From: Octopus vulgaris
Lineage: Eukaryota
Assembly (NCBI GenBank): GCA_951406725.2
Contig: OX597817.1
Coordinates: forward strand, 23,250,001 to 23,314,000
DNA: 64,000 nucleotides
Reading direction: 5' to 3'
Shown here: one piece after another, positions 1-13,950 of the stretch
How the letters are laid out: the number at the start of each line of letters is the position of its first letter
Numbering within the stretch: the first letter of the stretch is position 1
Translations under genes and position numbers: made by a program
Notes under the pieces: generated by a model
What the model saw: only the letters and a program-made list of their open reading frames with translations
Databases searched by the model: none
What the model was told of the DNA's origin: nothing

Positions 1-1094
1 CGGTTTCCAATTGGGCGGTGTTAGATGCTTTCATTTCAGTTCAATCACTAATTTACTTTCGGCTGTCAAGTATTAAAAGCAAGCTTACTCATTATAGATA
101 TTTTAGAAGTTATGCCAATATAAGGTGCATATTACACATTTCATCGGTTTGAATAATGATATTCATTATATTCGACATATGGCATATAATTCATTCTCAT
201 CTAAGATGTAAAAAGCGTCCATTTGTGTGCGTTTTCATATTTGATTGTGTGTGCGCGTTGTATGCGTGTGTGTGTGTGTGTGTGCTTATATACAGTAGAT
301 GTATTCGTGCACACGCTTCTGGGTGCGTTTAGAGTTATAAATATTCTTTGCAACAAGCTTATTAAGTCATGCCTATATTCGAAACAAGAGAAAGTTTTCA
401 TTACTGTCCTTCACAACTACATAGATGATCCTTATAAACTATTATGGCGCTTAGAAGACGGTATCATACGAACATACTAAGATGAACACTAAATGATAAA
501 TGGCTTTGACTATTCGGTCTTCTTTAAAATTAGAATAAAAAACCAAATTTTATCGGAAGGTTTCATTAAAATTCATAAATATTCAATAGTTGATATAGAT
601 TTATAGATTATATATGTTTTCTTTAAACGCAGATTTACAATCTTTTTCTGTTTTTCATTTTACAAATCATTACAAGCCTAAGTGTATTTAAATAATTTTG
701 AATAAGAATCTAATCGTTCATCCATCTGTTTACCCTTCACTTGCACTTGCCTATGTCACTGAAAAAAAGTTAGCAAAATGAAGATTATAAATATATTTAT
801 CATGTTACAACCTCATAAATATTTCTAATTTGTTACAAATCTACTCTGCTAGAATATGCATAATCTTTTTACTTTTTCGTTATAAAATCTTAAACAAGAG
901 CTTCGTAAATAGCTGCTTTGAATTTCTGAAACACGACAGCCCTTGAATGTACTGCTGATAGTTGCAATAATCACTTGATAAAATATACCCTCGTATTTGA
1001 TGGACAAATACTGCTTCTTTTATATAGTTAATCATGTATATCACTTTACTTTCATTATAAAATGTACTGCGTCATATTATTTGCCAGGTGTTTC

Positions 1095-1310
1095 TTAACC
1101 CTTTTGATACCAACCCGGCTGAAAACGCATCTGGCTCTATAGTACAAATGTCTTGTTTTCATGTTTTGAATTAAAATCTGCCACCAAACCTTAGTCACAA
1201 TTTATGTTCCTAACACTAGCTTAATGATAACTCAATTATTTTACTAAATTCTTTGTTATATTTAAAATTGATTGAAAGAAACACAGGTAATATGGTAACA
1301 AAAAGGTTAC
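1095..1310. mobile_element. piggyBac-like MITE (non-autonomous)
   Basis: Left end TTAA-CCCTTTTGATACCA; right end TGGTAACAAAAAGG-TTAC is its reverse complement with 2 mismatches. TTAA flank plus CCC start fits piggyBac-type ends. No ORF. Confidence 0.55.
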
Positions 1311-1680
1311 ACCATATTTAAATTAATTATTATTGCTACAAAAAGATCACTTATAGAAACAACCTTCTGTTTTTTTTATTATATACTCCTTAGACTGACC
1401 GACCATGTTCGACAAATTGTGTTGCCTTATTCAGTAAGGCCAGCTCGTTCGTTTGATTCCGGGCTAGCTCACCTATTAGAGTATATATATATATTCACCA
1501 TAAAAATATACGGATGATTTAGCAGATCGCTAGTGTTTATTCAGAAGATCAATAAAAACAGCTGTTAGCTCCTATCTATAGCAATGTTTTTGTTATTCAC
1601 ACACTTAATCAAGTTTAGTTGCCGGCTATAAGTTTCCTTTATGGTATAACTTTGGAAAAATCAGTTTTTATTAATTATAT

Positions 1681-1726
<46 letters not shown>

Positions 1727-1873
1727 TAACAATTAAGGATAACCTCTTAATAAGGGATCTTAACAAGAAATTATAGTTAGCGTGAAAACCTCATAAAAGA
1801 AAATAATTCGAAAATAATTTTTTTCCTTTTGAACAAATTAATTATATCTATATTGTATAGGTTATTACCATAA

Positions 1874-2068
<195 letters not shown>

Positions 2069-2112
2069 TGTGTGTGTGTGTGTGTGTGCGTTTGTATATA
2101 TGTATATATATA

Positions 2113-2451
2113 TGCCTCAGTAAAGCTGGACTCAAAAGTCATCTCAGTAGTCATAAAACGAGACAGATGAGTGACAACCTGGCCACTGGAGGTGGTGTAA
2201 CACACCATAATAATCGTATATGTTGAGCATGTAAAAGAGAGTGTAATTCGGCAGGAGGACTTAAACGACATGCAAAGGTACATGAAGCCCAGTTACAACT
2301 ACAGCCGGCTATTACCAGTAAACGTTTTAGTTGCCAATTTTGTACAAGACATTGTAGATCTTTAGCTGAGCTAAAAAGTCACATTCGATCACAGCACCAG
2401 TAACAGTCAAGCTTCGTGCAATGGCCATACTCGATAATGAGGGGACAGCCA

Positions 2452-2455
<4 letters not shown>
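2113..2455 (+). mobile_element. 3' end of an RTE-type LINE encoding C-terminal C2H2 zinc fingers (decayed)
   Basis: One frame 2113-2403: CLSKAGLKSHLSSH...IC*ACKRECNSAGGLKRHAKVH...SCQFCTRHCRSLAELKSHIRSQHQ*, with one internal TGA. Followed by a short RTE-like tail (ggccatactcgataatgaggggacagcc) and (TA)n. Confidence 0.7.
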
Positions 2456-2508
<53 letters not shown>

Positions 2509-2566
2509 TACGGAGATGTACTCGCATAGCAAGTGATTTGATCTGAGATCGTGTGCTGAAACGAAA

Positions 2567-2832
2567 ACAATTGCAGCGTGGAAGGTGTTTATAAGCCATT
2601 TAAGAAACACACAAAAGCCGTTCGATTCACTTCAACATTTAAGTTTAATTTGTCAAAATATTTTCGTCGCTAAAATCCGCGACCTGTTCACTGACAAAAA
2701 TCCATACTACATCAGGTCGCGGATTTTAGCGACGAAAATATTTTGACAAATTAAACTTAAATGTTGAAGTGAATCGAACGGCTTTTGTGTGTTTCTTAAA
2801 TGGCTTATAAACACCTTCCACGCTGCAATTGT
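2567..2832. repeat. Long perfect inverted repeat (120-bp arms, 26-nt loop), probable inverted PLE terminus
   Basis: 2567-2686 is the reverse complement of 2713-2832; the element is bounded by (TA)n-type repeats. Confidence 0.9.
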
Positions 2833-2884
2833 ATATATACATATATATACATATATAAATATAATTATATATCTATATATATGG

Positions 2885-4720
2885 CAGTCCAGTGTAGCTG
2901 TCTGGTTATTCCGTAACGCAGTCGAAACATGAAGAAATCTAAGAATATTAACCTTGGTTCTTGAAATGTGCACACTCTTCAAGATAGTCAATCAGCACCA
3001 GAACGGAAACAGATCTGGTTGCATTTGAACTAAAAAAAATACAACATTGACATAGTTGCATTCAATGTAACTCGTCTTGATGGATAAAGTAAAGGTCGAT
3101 AAATATTTTTCTGGTGTGGAAGAAATGAGGAAGCACTATGTCACTCTGGGTTTGGTTTTGTCATCAAAACAGAAATAGCTCTTTCCAAAGGTATTTCTGA
3201 TCGCATCATGACACTAATGTTGGAACTTGATCACACCACTCGTGTTGCGCTTGTCAGTCGCTATGCCCCAACCATGGCCAGCACTGAGCAGGAAAAGGAT
3301 GACTTTTACAACCAACCCTGTGATATCATTTCCAGTTGACACCATAAGGATGAACTCATCCTTATGGGTGACATTAACGCTCGTGTTGGTACTGATTATC
3401 AGACATGGGAGGGTGTACTTGGTTGCTATGGTGTACGTCGAATGAACTCCAGCAGTTTGCGTGTGTTCTGCATCTGCAGGGAATTCAATCTAAGCATCAC
3501 AAATAGCTTTTTCAACTGCGAAATTGTTTCAGGAAGACCTGGATACATCCTAGATCTTTGGATTGACCGATCATAGACTATATTATCCGTAAAAAAAAAA
3601 CAAGATATTTGTGACTTTAACATTATTCGCTACTTTTATAACACCAGCTATCTCAACTGCTGAAAAGCAGGCTTTGCCCTCTGCCACGTTGGACACTGCA
3701 CTAAACACTATTGATATAAATGCTGACATAGAATCAGCTTGGGGTACTTTGCGTGATTCAACACACTCTGCATCTGTAGACGTTCTTGAACTTCCTGCTG
3801 GTAAACATCAAAATTAGTTCAGTGATAACAGCACTGATGTCCAAAGGTTGAGAGATACAATGCACGGCTGTCACAAACCATGGATAAATGATAATAGCTC
3901 ATCCAGAAAATATAATGATTATAAGAAATGTAGCGGCCTGGTCCAACATGGTCTGAGAGAGACGAAGGAGGCTTCATGGTCTTCTATATCTACTGAACTG
4001 CAAGAAACTGCAGGCAGAAAATATTCTAAAGCCTTTTTTATGATAGCCTCTAGAAAGTATGTGGTCCTCAATAGCATGAAGTTATTCCTATTTTTCCACT
4101 AACCTTGCCCTACTCCTACATAAATCCGAGGTTTCAAGCAGAAACCATCCGGTTGACAATTTTCCTGACACACCTATACAGGTTGATGGAAAAAATCCTT
4201 TGGAGTGAAGTCTTTAATATCTTGGTAGGAAAGTGAATTCGAGCGCTTCCCTTGATAATGAATCGTCAACCGTCTTGCAAAGGCAACCGATGTATTTGGC
4301 AAACTCCGTCATCGCCTATAAAATGATCGGGGACATCAATCCTGACACCATAGTACAGGTCTATAAATCTTCATTTCTCTTGTATGGCTCAAAATCGTGG
4401 ATACCTTATAGACGACACATCAACCAACGAGACATTTTCCACAAAGGCTGTCTGAGGACATTTTACGGTTACTCACTAAAAGACAGAGTATCGAATGCCA
4501 ACCTGTTTAGCAAACGTATTATTGGTAGAATCCAGAGCTTCCTTATGCAATCACAATTTCGCTAGGCTATTCATGTCCTCAGAATGAGTGACGAAAGCAT
4601 GCCCAAAGTCCTCATATACAGACAGCTTAAAATGAAGATAGCTCACAACAGCTTTGATCGAACACCCATGGAGCGAGCAAAATGGAGATGGCTTGCTAAA
4701 ATAGGGAATTATGCTTTTCC
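2885..4720 (+). mobile_element. Decayed RTE-clade LINE (APE endonuclease plus RT C-terminal part, internal deletion)
   Basis: APE motifs S*NVHTL, GDINARVG and HPRS..W..IDYII; downstream VYKSSFLLYGSKSWIPYRRH...FHKGCLR...DRVSN and RMSDESMPKVLIY, typical of RTE post-RT sequence. Many stops and frameshifts. Confidence 0.85.
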
Positions 4721-5019
4721 TGTACCCTATAGGAGAAACTTTGATTATTCTGCCTGGGCTCCAACTGGTCTCCTGTCACCCATTTTCTAAATCTCAGTCG
4801 ACTTAGAGTCTATATAATTCTAACTTTGGATTCAGTATATTTGTAGATTCAGGTTATCTTAGGCTATTGTAAGACACGAGCAAAAAACAGGATCAGTTTT
4901 TACAAAGGAGCCAAGTCTAAATTCAAGACCCTCACAGTGAATGGTGCAAAGTTATCTGCGAGCAAATCGTAGGATGACATAGAAAAAATATAAGAGGGAA
5001 ATAGAGAATGTCGAGCCCC

Positions 5020-5130
5020 AGCTCTCAAATGGTACTTATTTTATCGACCCCGAAATGATGGAGTCAAAAAATCAACGTCGCAGAAATTTGAAATCAGAAC
5101 GTAAAGCCGAAAATAGTTGCGAAGCAACCT
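5020..5130 (-). mobile_element. Degenerate fragment of the tRNA-derived SINE family seen at 32178
   Basis: ggtacttattttatcgaccccgaaa is the reverse complement of the family core tttcggggtcgat.aaataagtacc. Confidence 0.6.
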
Positions 5131-5220
5131 TTGTCATATGTAAGCCATGTGGTTAAATAAAGCTAAGTTCACTACACGTATACACCCATATATACAAATA
5201 TGCATACATTTTTGATAATA

Positions 5221-5278
<58 letters not shown>

Positions 5279-5382
5279 CATACATACATACATATATACA
5301 TACTTCAGTTGATTGAACATCTTTACGAATATATATAGTTCAAAAATTTATATGCTTTTCGAGAGAACAATATGATTCTTAC

Positions 5383-5680
5383 CTTTCAGAGTTGGAATTT
5401 TAAACTAACAACCAGAACAATTTACAAAGTTAAATCTTGTAGTCAGTAGAATTTGACTGCTCTTAGAATTTCGAATATGCCTCAAAGTGTCGGCCAGTCT
5501 AGCAGCCGTCTTTCCATGCAATTTTCTCCAGTAAGCAATCGACTTTATGCATTGTTAATAATAATAAATATATATATTTTCATGGCTTTTGCAATAGTTT
5601 ACTGCTGTCAATTGTTTTCAGCTTCGATGGATATTTATCTCTGATTTGTGATTCGAGTGAATTTAGCTTGAAATAAATTG
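5383..5680 (-). other. Candidate non-coding exon
   Basis: Strong minus-strand donor AAG|GTAAGA at 5383/5382 in non-repetitive-looking sequence; only very short ORFs; upstream boundary uncertain. Confidence 0.25.
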
Positions 5681-5739
5681 CTGATAATGATAGTTACGAA
5701 ATAACGTACTTGAATTCCTATATGCCACCTTGCATTCAC

Positions 5740-5791
<52 letters not shown>

Positions 5792-5819
5792 CAGAGAGAG
5801 AGAGATGGAGAGAATGTTA

Positions 5820-6230
5820 TATTGCAATACTACACAGTGGCTACGAAATCCTCGTCTCCACTGTTATATCGCACGTTCGGATGACCTCTACTCAAGACCC
5901 GACGTCTAGACTTCTCCTTCTATATCTACGTATTGGGCTAGCCTACTTCATCGTCTGGGGTCGTCTACACAACAGAGAGAGGTTATAAGAGGTAATGGCG
6001 TCAATAAGGCCCAAAGGTGTCAGGTAATGCTCAGTAAGTACTATGGATAGACCATAGTTACGCTCCAGGTTCGTATCATATCTAAATCAACTATTGCTTA
6101 ACCATCTTCTCACACAGTCTCCGCTGAAGGGATATAATAAATATCCTGGAAACAGCTGTAAGTCCTTCTATTTATAGATGTTCTAAAATCGTCATTGCCT
6201 TGAATTTTTATCTCATTCTGAAAAAAATTT
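5820..6230 (+). mobile_element. PLE-type terminal remnant with degenerate hammerhead motif
   Basis: 6116-6165: ctgaagg-ggatat/atatcc stem-gaaa-cagctg-ta (palindromic stem III, damaged core); ends in (TA)n. Confidence 0.45.
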
Positions 6231-6535
6231 ATATATATATATATATATGTGTGTGTGTATGCATATATGTATGTATGTATATTACATACGCATATATGCG
6301 CGCTTTTGTGTAAGTATGTGTGCGTGCGTGCATCTGTGTGTCTGCGTGTGCTTGTTAAAATTATTACAATCTAGGCGCAATATAAGGCCATTAAAAGAAA
6401 ACTGTTATCGTTATTTATTGTGGCTGAGGGTGCTGAAGTACGTATATTGCACGAAATAAGAGTTAAAGACTCTTAAGAAGCGCACAATATATATACACTG
6501 ACAAGGGAGATACGAACTCCATGAGCGAATCTATG

Positions 6536-6588
6536 ATCACTGGAGTAGGCTAGTTTCGTCTATTAGTCGTAGACTCGTCAGCGGTGAT
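6536..6588 (-). ncRNA. Hammerhead ribozyme-like motif (type I, minimal)
   Basis: Minus strand: atcaccg-CTGACGA-gtcta(cgactaa)tagac-GAAA-ctagcctac-TC-cagtgat. Stems I and II pair; stem III has a mismatch next to the core. Confidence 0.55.
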
Positions 6589-7122
6589 TACAAAATCATT
6601 CGACGTTTCGACGAAATTTGTTTGTTAGTACATATATGTATCATATTATTTTATGAGTTATTTAGCGAAATGCTACTGTGTATATTGAACATTAATGTAA
6701 ACAGTCAGATACAATATAAGGCCATAAATGGAAAATGGTATCACTAACTGTGACTGAGGGTGCTGAGGCATTTATGTTGCAAGTACGAAGGTGAAACTCA
6801 AAGCTTATAGTAATATAGAAAATAATGTGTGGGTATTACTTTGCGTTTCACCGTTGCAAAAGAAATGCATTTCAGAACTACTGACATTCGAAATTTTTGT
6901 GACATGAATGACATTTTATGGGTGTGTCTCTATCTTTCTACCGAGAAGGAATATATGTATATATGTAAAAGTATGCACACACATCCAAACCCACTTGCAC
7001 ACCAGACTCGAGTGGTTGGAAGGTTTTTTACCACATAGCAAGCATTCTAGCACACAGCTATGCTTTCTCCTACACACACACATACACACACTGTTGTATG
7101 CATAAACACACAGATAGTTATG

Positions 7123-7187
<65 letters not shown>

Positions 7188-7189
7188 GT

Positions 7190-8785
7190 GTATAGGTATC
7201 AGTTGAATAAATTTACAAAATGGTCTGGTTTTCACACTTTTTATTATTGTATTTAAAACAAAATGTTATAATGTTTTTTAAGCATTAAGAAACATTTAGT
7301 AATATTCATAAAGTGCAAATAATGCTTTCCTACGTTCGTAGTAATCATCAGATTTCAAAATGTATTGATAGACAATTGAGTTTAGTTATTGACAACTGTA
7401 GTAAAATGAGTGAATTCTTTCTTTTTATACCTCTTAGAAGGCTACGACAAGCTGCATTTATCGAATAAGCTTTTGACCAATCAGCAAGCAGTTTAAACGT
7501 AACGGTTTGTCAAGAGCATCGATATTACTGGCATAGATTCCATCTTTATTTTAATGAACTAGCTTGCGGTTTACATGTAATGGTTTTATGAGTGAGCAAA
7601 CTTGAATACGGTTGTTTTTATTTCAATCGGTGTGAGTCCTCTGTAATTTGATTATATTGATTTGTTAAAGCTATTTTGTAATCTATATCATTAACTGGTT
7701 GGTATATTATTGTTATTTCCATTAAGAATAGGTTTCAACGTTTTACTGAAACGTTTTTCTTCTATGTTTCTGCCAACCTCACCTGTGTCATGAAGTTTGA
7801 AGAAATGTAAAGTTAGAAGCATTCTCTGAGTAGATGTTTCTACATGTTCGCTGAATGGAATTTGGCAAACATTAGTGTTCCGAATTTGTTGCCTGTGAAC
7901 TCATGGTCGTTCCGATAATCCATTCCCTGTCTCGCCAATGCATAGTTCGTCACAATTAGGGCATTTAATACAGAAGATGAACTTTCTGTTTTTGCAGTTG
8001 AGATCTGCTTTTGTGAAAATCTCTCCATTTTTTGTTGTAATGGATTTACAACTATGCATGTAAATACACGTTCCACATCTGTTATCATTACACTTGGAAA
8101 CTGTGAATGTTTTATCTTGTTTGTTCATATTGAATGTTGCCTTTGTTAATAGTTTGTTTAAGTTATGTGGTTGCCTTTTCCTTAAGATAGTTACCTTAAG
8201 GATAGTTGTTTCATTAGTTATGTTTTCTTTTTTATTTTTCACTTTGTTCCATGGTTTACAAATTTGTTTTGATAATGTTAAAACTGTTTCGGTGATGAAG
8301 ATTGGGTGTTACTAGAAATGGTATTGTGTTCCGTTGATAGATTCGTCTTTCGCATGTGACCCTAAGTTGCTCTATAGTTATCTCTTGCTCGTTGTATGCT
8401 ATATTCTAGAAGTATGAGAGGGTAGTTTGCTTGACCAGAAATCCTGTGAGTTCCATAAGTCTATGTTCCTGGCATTTGGATCATCTACTATAGTAGTATC
8501 GGTGCGCCCGTGAAACAGTGACGTTTGAGCTGCTTGCTGATTGGCCAAAACTGTATTCGAAAAATACATCTTGTCAGACCCTTCTAAATGTATAAAAAGG
8601 AAGAAGTCAGTCATTTTACTACAGTTGTCAAGAACTCAACTCAACTGTCAGTCGATATATTTTGAAATTTGATGATTACTACGAACATATGAAAGAACTT
8701 CAGCATTGTAAAAATTTTTTAAAATCTAATATTAAGAAGCGTGAAAACCAGATCATGTTTTAACTTTATTCAACTGATATATCAT
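7190..8785 (-). mobile_element. 5'-truncated Penelope-like retroelement (Neptune-like) with inverted terminal copies
   Basis: ORF 7901-8242 has CNDNRCGTC then CKNRKFIFCIKCPNCDELCIGETGNGLSER (Cys linker plus GIY-YIG endonuclease). A shifted frame continues HRQQIR...EEKRFSKTLKPILN. 7193-7412 is a diverged inverted copy of 8607-8783. Confidence 0.85.
7901..8242 (-). pseudogene. GIY-YIG endonuclease fragment of Penelope-like element
   Basis: Degenerate GIY-YIG signature (IFCIKC..C...CIGET...L..R) preceded by CxxxRCxxC. Confidence 0.8.
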
Positions 8786-8873
8786 TTTATACACATTTAC
8801 ACAAATTCAGAAAAAAAGTATACACAGGCACGCACACAAACACACATATACATACATACATTCATACATAAAT

Positions 8874-9017
<144 letters not shown>

Positions 9018-9071
9018 CATATTAAATCTCTAAATATCTCATAGTGATATGTACGGTAGTGGGGCGATAGT

Positions 9072-9282
9072 GTGGTTGTACACTGTCAATTTAACGTGAC
9101 AGTAAGGGGGGATTACCCACCGCTGTTTAGCCCTAGGAAGCATCGACGCTTCCTGTCCGCTTTGACACATTTCCTCTGTCCTTAAGAAATGTGTCAAAGC
9201 CGACAGGAAGCGTCGATGCTTCCTAGGGCTGAACAGCGGGGGTAATCCCCCCTTACTGTCACGTTAAATTGACGTATACAAC

Positions 9283-9285
<3 letters not shown>
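9072..9285. repeat. Near-perfect inverted repeat (~100-bp arms, 12-nt loop) between (TA)n tracts
   Basis: gtcaatttaacgtgacagtaag...tttgacacatttc (9085-9173) versus gaaatgtgtcaaa...cttactgtcacgttaaattgac (9186-9273). Confidence 0.9.
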
Positions 9286-9327
<42 letters not shown>

Positions 9328-9967
9328 AAATATATAATTACATAAATATAATTATAATAAGGGCATTAATGAGTAGCTTCACATACCAGAAATAGAAGCA
9401 AAATGGCTCTAATAACTACATTAAATTAACCCATTAGCACAGGTTTAAAGCGAGGGAAGTGAACATAGAATTTTTTTTTAAAAGGGCTTAACCATAGATC
9501 GATTCCTACTTTAGAGAGTATAACTCTCTACCGTCATCTGTATAGTATAAAACACTGTATATAATTTTAAATAGTTATACATATGCATGCAAATAACAGG
9601 TATCCATAAGGCTACGACGGGTGTATGAAGAGTCCCGAGCCTATAAATAAAATTAAACATGGTACAAGACTTCTGATGAATCTATAAGACTTCAAGGCCT
9701 TTAAACTTTACATACAACCCTCGTATATACAAATGTTCGTTTTTATATAGGAGCTAAATCTAATTCATTCACTTCAACCACCTGCTTATACAACCAAAAA
9801 TAATACCGGACTGAATATATTGGTCGGAGTAATTCATATTTATATATAATCAAGGATAAAATCTTTATTAGATTTTATGAAGTAGCCAACATGTAATAAA
9901 ACCATATAAGGGAACAATTACATTATTTACATTGTATGGATATGTGTCCTAATCTTTTTTGTTATTA

Positions 9968-10012
9968 CCACAATGTTTCGGCTGGTTTACTCTCCAGCCT
10001 TCATCAGGTGTC
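9968..10012 (-). ncRNA. Hammerhead ribozyme-like motif (type I, minimal) in a PLE-type remnant
   Basis: Minus strand: gacac-CTGATGA-a-ggctgg(agagtaaa)ccagcc-GAAA-catt-gtgg. Core and stem II intact; stems I and III slightly eroded. Confidence 0.6.
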
Positions 10013-10074
10013 CAGGTAGATCTTTGAATCCAAACCTTGGTTCTCATTCCTCAGATATGTATATACATATACAT

Positions 10075-10108
<34 letters not shown>

Positions 10109-10167
10109 GTATGTATATATATATATGTATATATGTATGTATGTATATATATATATATATATTACAC

Positions 10168-10450
10168 CCTCAGGCCGACCAAAATCTTGTGCGTGAATTT
10201 CGTGCAAGGAAACTGAAAGAAGACAATCGTTGATATGTATATATTTGTGCGAGTGCGTCTGTGTTTGTACCACCACCATCGCTTGACAACGGGTGTTTGT
10301 GTTTTTGCATCCCCGTAACTCAGCAGTTCGGCAAAAGTCACTGATAGAATAAGTACTACGCTTACAAAAATACATCATGGGCTTTATTTGTTCGACTAAA
10401 AGTGGTACACAAGCAGGGTCCTAGTTACTTGACTGAAACACGTAAAATAA
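10168..10450 (+). mobile_element. 5'-truncated tRNA/CORE-like SINE
   Basis: Matches 40200-40430 (+), 53520-53700 (-) and the 5' half at 38666-38835 (ccaccatcgcttgacaac...cgtaact.agcagttcggcaaaag...gttcgactaaa). Confidence 0.75.
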
Positions 10451-10509
10451 TAAAGAAAAACTATACTATGTTAAGCACGGGCAACGCCAATATCTCTGCC
10501 ACTATATAT

Positions 10510-11095
<586 letters not shown>

Positions 11096-12173
11096 AGATA
11101 TGCATGCGCGGTTATCTTCAGCGTTTTAATATTTGTGGAGGTTAGTATTTGATACAAAATCAACGTTAAACTCATGTTGTGTCAAAAATTAATGTAGCGA
11201 CTCAATAAATATAGAAGTATTATATAAATACCTCATAGGAGTAAATTGTCGAATCTACTTGACTGGAAAAAATATTGCAAATTATGCACTTTGGTGGATG
11301 AATCCAATTAAATAATAAAGATGAAATTATACTGATTATCAAATGTATATATACAGATGAAGTATTACATAGTTTTAACTTTTCTATTAAGATCGATAAT
11401 TCTATGCAAAACTATAATTCAAAGAATAAATACTCAGTATTATTTATATATTGTATTAATATTCTATATACCATACAACTTGAGACATATCCATTCGTTG
11501 AATTATGGTATATATGTAAGCATGACTATGACATTACATATTTTGGAAATATGTATTTATGTATACAAAATTATCATGCTTATATTCTGAGAAAGAAAGC
11601 AGGAAGAAACGTAATAACACACATATACACATACTCATACACATACATACACAAGCGCGCACGCACACACGCATACACGCACATACACACATATAAACAC
11701 ACGTACCTACACACGTACACATATGCACACATACAGACAAATATTCAAACTTGTCTGAACGCTTTCACTTTGCAAATATTCTAGTGTTCGACATTTCTTG
11801 ATATTCTGGACTTTTTATAAAGTCTCCGTTCAACAGAAGCCTTTTGAATGAATGTGTAAGTGAAACGGATTCTAAGACCGTTGGAGGTACGCTATTCTAG
11901 TTGGGATTTCCATTATTGTTATACGTGTCCGCAGAATATTCAACCCTGTTTTATACTGACTCAATGAATAGGTTCTCCAAATTGATGGAACCAATTGACG
12001 ATTGCATATCTATATCTAGGAGAAAAGAGAGTGGCTATCAAATGTCCATGTACATGTGTGTTTGTGTGCGGGCGTGCGCCCGTGTGTTTGTCTGTATTTG
12101 TGCGTGTGTATGTGTGTGTGTTTGTGTGTGTATGTGTGTGTGTGTATGTGTGTGTATGTGTGTGTGTGTGTGC

Positions 12174-12212
<39 letters not shown>

Positions 12213-13502
12213 CTTGCGTTTGTGTGCTTTTTATGCAAAGAAACGGAAGAAATGTCGGAAACACATGTAGCAAAGAATATTCACTCATTTGAAGCTCATG
12301 ACTCATCCCGAGCACCGACGGAGGAATTCTACTGTCTGTCACGAATATATCTATATATGCTAATTTACAATCGTTTATAAGCTCTCGTGATAAATATTTG
12401 CGTATAGTATAAGTATACAAATAAATGAACTCAAACGTTTCTCTCTTTAATATATATATGTGTGTGCGTGTGTGTGTGTGTGTGTGTGTGCGTGCGTGCG
12501 TGTGTGTGAGAGTGTGTGTGTGTGTGTTTAATTCATTATCTGGTAATATATTTTATATCTCTGTAAATTGTCAAGAATAAAAAAAAGTGTGTGTATATTT
12601 AATATATGTATAAATGTGTATTTATATATTATTGACAGTTCATATTTTATACGCATGTATGCATGTGTGAGCGGGCGCGCAATTGCTGGCTCACCGAGGA
12701 AAGGTGTGATTATTTATGAATAATGTAAACTTCTTCCTATCACATTCATATCTAACTTTGTTGATTTCCCGAAATAGGATTTAAAACGAAAATACTTTTT
12801 TCCCTTCTGACAAGAATAATAGTTAATATTTTATTAGAAATATCTCTTCATTCAATAACTGATTTTCTCTCTATATTTTATTTCAATGTATCTAAATAGC
12901 TTCTTCACTGCAATAATTTCATGCAGACTTAAATATCATGGAATTATAGAATTTAATCTTATTTGATATCTGATGAAATTAGCCATTATATTTTTTTCAT
13001 TGAAGTAAATTTCGTTATTTATTTATTGCCTTATTTAATTGTCATTTTTCATATTTATTCTTTGTACTTATTTTTTTAACTATTTTCCCACCAATAAGCG
13101 CGCAAACTAGAAAAATGTTGAAATATTATATTTACCCACCAGTTACCTCGTTAAGAAAAACGCGACGACAACGAGGGTAAAAACGCAATACAGCCGTGCT
13201 AGGAATGAACAGATTTAGTCTTAACATATTTTAAAGAAAAAGTCTCTTGGAATGATTGTGTCGCCTTGTTTCAGAAACTTCATATTTTCTAAATAAAGTA
13301 TAACGGATAAACGTTTTTATTCCCGCCTTTAATCTAACAGACAGTGAAGGATGAAAAAACATTTGATTTTATATTAGAAGCTGAATTTTAGCAGTCATTG
13401 TAGAGGCTATTCTACGTGCCTACATTTTGCTACAGCAGGGTACAATCACATTGTTTTTGATTCGTTTTCTTTCGAAGTCTCAGAAATGCTACTCTGTATA
13501 AT

Positions 13503-13950
13503 TAAAATAATTATAATGAAATTATTGTATACAGTGCTCAGGTGCACCATAACTTGACAGAAGTACGTATAGAGCATATGCAGTAATGTAAAAATGTATG
13601 GGACGTGAACAGTGTATGAGTCAGATATAGGCTTGCGTGTGTATAGAGGGGAGAAAATCAGGTGTAGTGTAGGCGAATCTCAGGAAGCATGGAAGTTTTG
13701 AAGGATGAAGTGCTCCGACAACTAACAACTGATGCCGGCAGTTTGTTCCATGTTTCAGCAACTCTTAGCGTGAAAACATGTTTCCGAAAGTCATGGGAGC
13801 TGTGCTGTTTTCTGACTTTGTAAACATAACCACGAGTGTTAGACAGGTGGAGTTTGAAAAGGTGCTCAGAGTTATTGTTAGTAAGATGGTTAATAATTTT
13901 ATGGGTGTCTGCTACGTCAGCTGCCAGACGTCGGAGTTAGAAGGGATACA
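13503..13950 (-). mobile_element. CR1-clade LINE 3' fragment
   Basis: Minus translation TRGYVYKVRKQHSSHDFRKHVFTLRVAETWNKLPASVVSCRSTSSFK matches the CR1 ORF2 C-terminal motif TRGH..K....R..FF..RV...WN.LP..VV. Confidence 0.8.
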
